DNA of 63,568 nucleotides, filler included, from Hyphochytrium catenoides (lineage: Eukaryota > Protista > Hyphochytriomycota), in NCBI GenBank assembly GCA_900088475.1. It is 11 parts of 11 records of this genome, joined end to end, with 100 filler letters (N's around TTAATTAATTAA, not from the genome) between each part and the next. Parts side by side here need not be neighbours in the genome. Positions count along the whole stretch, not along the records: positions 59,880 to 62,271 come from FLMG01002356.1; positions 62,372 to 63,568 come from FLMG01001563.1; 9 more parts are not named here. One strand, written 5' to 3'. The notes under the pieces were generated by a model. The model saw only the letters and a list, made by a program, of their open reading frames with translations, made no database searches and was not told where the DNA came from. Below, one piece after another: positions 59,880 through 63,568 of the stretch. Made by a program: the position numbers and the translations under genes. Every line of letters begins with the position of its first letter. The stretch's first letter is position 1.

Positions 59880-61681
59880 TATCTTTATCCTTCAGAGGGC
59901 GCCGCGCATACTGTCGGTGAGTCAACTTTAAGTCCAAGGAAAGCTTGGAGACAGGGTGAAGATGATAAGTCGAGAAAGGAAGACCTGCGAGAAATATAAA
60001 AGAAGCGAATCGGAGAAGCTGTGGCAAGAGAGACCAATAGTTTGTTGCCAGTTCTAAACCCTGCAATCACCGTCATTTCCGTGGCTGCAGCAACCTTCCG
60101 ACTAGTCGTCTTCCGGCCGATCGAGGGCGAAGTCCTCGTGGGCAGGCTCCACAGCTGCAATGAAGAGGGCATCAGAGGTGAGGTGCCAGTAGAGGTGATA
60201 CCTGATAAGGGACCTTGAGTCAGTGGCTTCGAGCTCCATCATTGCGGTGCAGCTATCAGAAGGAAATCACCAAGGGCAATCGACGGCTAGACCGGAGTTA
60301 CTTTTGACTTCTGCTTGCTTTCCCTTCCCTATCTCCTGCACTGCTTTCGTCGTCGTCACTTATAATCTTGCACTTCCCTTCCGTAGTGTCCATGGAGTTC
60401 TTTCAGGACGTCTTCATCCCTTCATACTCTTTACAAGTCCCTTCGCAATTGTAAGTGTTGGCCCTCATTGTGCTTGTCCGGAGACAGCAGGAAGCGACCA
60501 GGAACTGTCAGTTTAGGAGAATCACCTGCCTCACTTCGTACCTTATAACTGATCCTTTGGTGCTGGTGTTTGCAAACCTCAGTCCACTCCCCGTCAACTG
60601 CCGTCTGGCCTCCATGTCTATCATCTAGATCTGAGCTTGGCACGGTTCTGATCTCGTTAACTGCCTCTCCCACTGTTTGTTGTCATGCTTAGTGATAAAA
60701 AAGAGCGGCTGTGGGTCTGGAAGTATGCCCAGGAAGATGGCGCAGGTAGGAAGTTCTCCAAAACATGATAAACTTGTCTCCAAGTTCTCTCTCTGGAGGT
60801 GCTGCCGAGGTCTTCACTGGCTCTCTTTTATTCCGCTTGTAGAGCCTCGCCTTCTCTCCTGGTGCCCCGCAGTGTGATGGCTGAGCTCTTCCTCTTCTTC
60901 ATGGCTTCAGCCCCGCAGAGCAATCTTTAGTGTCTACATGCAATTATTCTTGATGTTGGAGCCGTCTCTTCCCAGTCACTCATTCACGCTCTCTCACTGT
61001 CGATACAGAACCAGAGGAGTTCACTATGGACATTGGTGAGGAGATCCGCTTCAGGGTGAATCAGGTCATCTACACGCGAGTCAAGACCACAGCCAAAGGC
61101 AAGATTGATTGAGAGGAGTCAATCCTGTCCTGGGCCAAAATGTGCCACCCTTCTCCAGACTGACATCGCATCGTCCACACATAAAAGCCAACAGAGAGCC
61201 TTCTAAAACTATCCATCCACTGTTCGGCTTCCTAACTGCGTTTCGTCCCGATAGGCGCTCAGGCGACCTCCGTTTCTGGCACTATCCAACACAATGGCGG
61301 GGAGACTCCAGACCTACCTCGGCCTCTGGCTCGCCGCTCTTCATCCTTTGACCTAACCGAGAATGATCCTACTCCCTCAGCTTTCCAAGTACTGGTGAGA
61401 AGCAACTATTCTCTCCAAGGCCTGAATTGTTTCTCCGTCTATTGCGCTGGTCAAGATAGGAGGGTGGTGGTCTTTGCATCCCTAACGTGTTCTAGTGCTC
61501 TACTCTATCATCATCTCTCCTGCCCCGTGCTATCGCTGACTGTTCCAGTGACAATATGTACTGTCCCTTTGCTCCATCTTTGTCTCTTATCGGCGCTTAT
61601 TTGGACTCTGCCGCCTTTGAATGACCGCAGGGCTCCATAGACGGAGAGGGCTTGGGGCTGGTTTCCTGGTGGAGATCGTGA
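59880..61681 (+). CDS. POLR3H: RNA polymerase III subunit RPC25/RPC8 (Rpb7 family); 5'-partial
   Basis: Exons 59880-59916, 60091-60177 (FRLVVFRPIEGEVLVG), 60387-60450 (SMEFFQDVFIP), 60693-60745 (LWVWKY), 61009-61098 (GEEIRFRV), 61255-61394 and 61631-61681 (GSIDGEGLGLVSWW). Confidence 0.94.
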
Positions 61682-61984
61682 AGCTGGAAAGGCGCCTCTC
61701 GACAGTCTCTCCCAAGGCTCTACTCTAACTTCTGCTTACGTCTATCTGAACAGTAGCTACAGCATACTAAGTGCAGATTTAGAAGGAAGACTGACTCTCC
61801 ATAGCGCATATCTCATAACCTTCATTATCTAAGTGTTGACAACGTTTTAAGTTCTGTTGCTTAGCTTTGTCTTCTTTTTTGCAGATATCACCTACTCTCT
61901 CTTCGTCTCTCTCTTGCTCTCCTCTTCTTTCTGTCAATAATCACATCCCTCGTGAACTATGTAGCTGCCTGACTGGCGGCTGCA

Positions 61985-62271
61985 ATGGCGGACGCCATCG
62001 TCATGAAGGAGTTTTGATAGTGGTTCCTGTGACGAAGAGGGATGGCGGAGGTATCGGAACAGTGGCGAGCAGGGGTCAATCTTCGATAGACAGCGAAGGA
62101 AGGAGAAGCGGTGAGATGCAAGGCTCTCATGGAGCTGACACAGCATTCGCAGAGGATAGGGACAGAAGTGGAAAAATACAAGGAACATACCATTTTTCTC
62201 TCACGTGTTCCGCTACTTCTGCCTCCGCGCACGCTGCTCCTCCCTTTTGAAGCAGTACCTGCAACACTGTT
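61985..62271 (+). pseudogene. Decayed ORF, possibly a retrotransposon gag-like remnant
   Basis: One frame MADAIVMKEF**WFL*RRGMAEVSEQWRAGVNLR*TAKEGEAVRCKALMELTQH... with four in-frame stops. The LR*..KEGEAV segment loosely recalls the gag L-x-Q...E-x-V motif. Confidence 0.3.
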
Positions 62272-63150
62272 NNNNNNNNNNNNNNNNNNNNNNNNNNNNN
62301 NNNNNNNNNNNNNNNTTAATTAATTAANNNNNNNNNNNNNNNNNNNNNNNNNNNNNNNNNNNNNNNNNNNNGTAGCGAGAGTGGCGATGATAAGCATCGC
62401 GGAGAATGCTTGAGATCCGGGCCCTTTGTCCTTCCTTATAACAACTGTGCTCATCACTAGGGGATGCTTATGAACTTTATCAAGAGGTCCCGCTCAAATG
62501 ACTCTGGCACACCCTCAAAACTGCTTACTTGTCAGTAGGAAGGTCAATTATTATCCATCATCGCTTACTACGTATTATTCCGTAGTTCTTCTTATTTCAA
62601 GTGCACCCAAAGGCTCTACATCAGAAGTGTCAGGGTGCAAAACAAGATGGATGATGACTTAGTAGGCCGGTTCGAAGTCGCCGCCTCTGAAGGGCTGGCT
62701 TTTCATCAAGCATACAGCATCCAGGCGTGACTCAACAAACTAACCTGAGTGAAAGTTCTTAAAGAAACTTCTGTGGACATCGAAAAAGGCTCAAACATGG
62801 GACTCCACCATCATAAGTACTCCAACGCTCTTCCTCGATCCTCTTTTTTGTGAGCAGAGAATATCAAAATGAAGCTCCCACATAGAACGCGAAAGTACGA
62901 CGAGTCAACACGTTGAGTTGTTGATAGTAGAAAAGAGGTAGTAGAACTATGTAGCAATTGCGTTGCGATAGTTTTACCCTCGTGTTGTCCTTTCAAAGCG
63001 GAGGGAATGATGAGGAGGAGAACGAGTACGGGCGGCAGGATAGAAGTTGTTTAGGCGGGAGAAGAACGAGATGAAGGTTCGGAGGAGCTGCGACAAAAGT
63101 AAGCGAATGATGTTCATCGACAAAAACATTTAGCATCACAGACACCACCA

Positions 63151-63568
63151 TCACCCTAGAGTGGGCTTCGGAATATGGCAGTAAGCTGCCAGCCTAATTT
63201 TCCGTTCTTGAGCGGTACCTCCCAGCCCTAGCTCATAGAACTCTAGAAGGTTCCTTACTTGGGCATTTCGAAGGTTCCAAAAATCCCGTACCGTTTTCGG
63301 AAATGCCTGCGGGTATTCACCTTGCGGATTCGGTGGCGCTGATATTGGATGCGCGTTCGTCAACGCCGCGTTGTTTAGGTGTCGAGCGCCTTGGACACCT
63401 ATCACGGCTCTGGAAGATTTTGTAATATGTGCACGTAAGTCTTGCAAACCATTGCGAATTTCCACGCGAAGTTGCCCAAATTCGCCGCGAAGTTGCCCAA
63501 ATTCGCCGCGAATCTCGCCCAAATCGCCGCGAAGTTGCCCAAATTCGCGGCGAATCTCGGCAAATTCG
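63151..63568 (-). CDS. Heptad-repeat coiled-coil protein with a C-terminal Mug135_C-like / SAP(HeH)-like domain; 5'-partial
   Basis: Frame open to the window edge: EFAEIRR EFGQLRG DLGEIRG EFGQLRG EFGQLRV EIRNG, then ARHLNN...PPNPQGEYPQAFPKTVRDFWNL...VRNLLEFYEL...RKIRLAAYCHI. No intron in the visible part. Confidence 0.7.
   Translation of the reverse strand, partial: EFAEIRREFGQLRGDLGEIRGEFGQLRGEFGQLRVEIRNGLQDLRAHITKSSRAVIGVQGARHLNNAALTNAHPISAPPNPQGEYPQAFPKTVRDFWNLRNAQVRNLLEFYELGLGGTAQERKIRLAAYCHIPKPTLG
63466..63568 (-). repeat. 21-bp coding tandem repeat (about 5 units)
   Basis: Consensus gaatttgggcaacttcgcggc, with a gagattcgc variant in two units. Confidence 0.88.

Overview
Eukaryotic draft-genome sequence, not one contiguous locus. 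Ten artificial 100-bp linkers (44 N + TTAATTAATTAA + 44 N) join 11 separate scaffold pieces, so neighbourhood across linkers is meaningless. Genes are intron-rich (GT-AG, one probable GC-AG), use the standard code, and many introns are filled with (CT)n microsatellite on the sense strand. That explains most of the SLSL/ERER ORFs in the track, which are noise. Genes I spliced by hand: ABCC/MRP transporter (3' half), a three-repeat beta-trefoil-like protein, a FYVE-finger protein missed by the ORF track, type II NADH dehydrogenase, strumpellin/WASHC5, bifunctional DHFR-TS, CWC15, a 4-TM protein, a papain-family preproprotein, a TALE homeobox gene, Pol III subunit RPC25, and a coiled-coil protein with a Mug135_C/SAP-like domain. 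The DHFR-TS fusion argues against an animal or fungus. Several proteins resemble oomycete-type sequences as I recall them, so a stramenopile is my inference. Best leads: (1) a secreted cathepsin-L-like protein with both catalytic residues replaced (Cys->Ser, His->Gln) but otherwise intact; (2) stop-free 3n microsatellite introns, one splitting the homeodomain; (3) an A-B-A-B-C-B-C modular repeat next to a 105-bp minisatellite; (4) a heptad-repeat Mug135-like gene; (5) a multi-branch foldback element. I found no multi-gene novel system that I can support.
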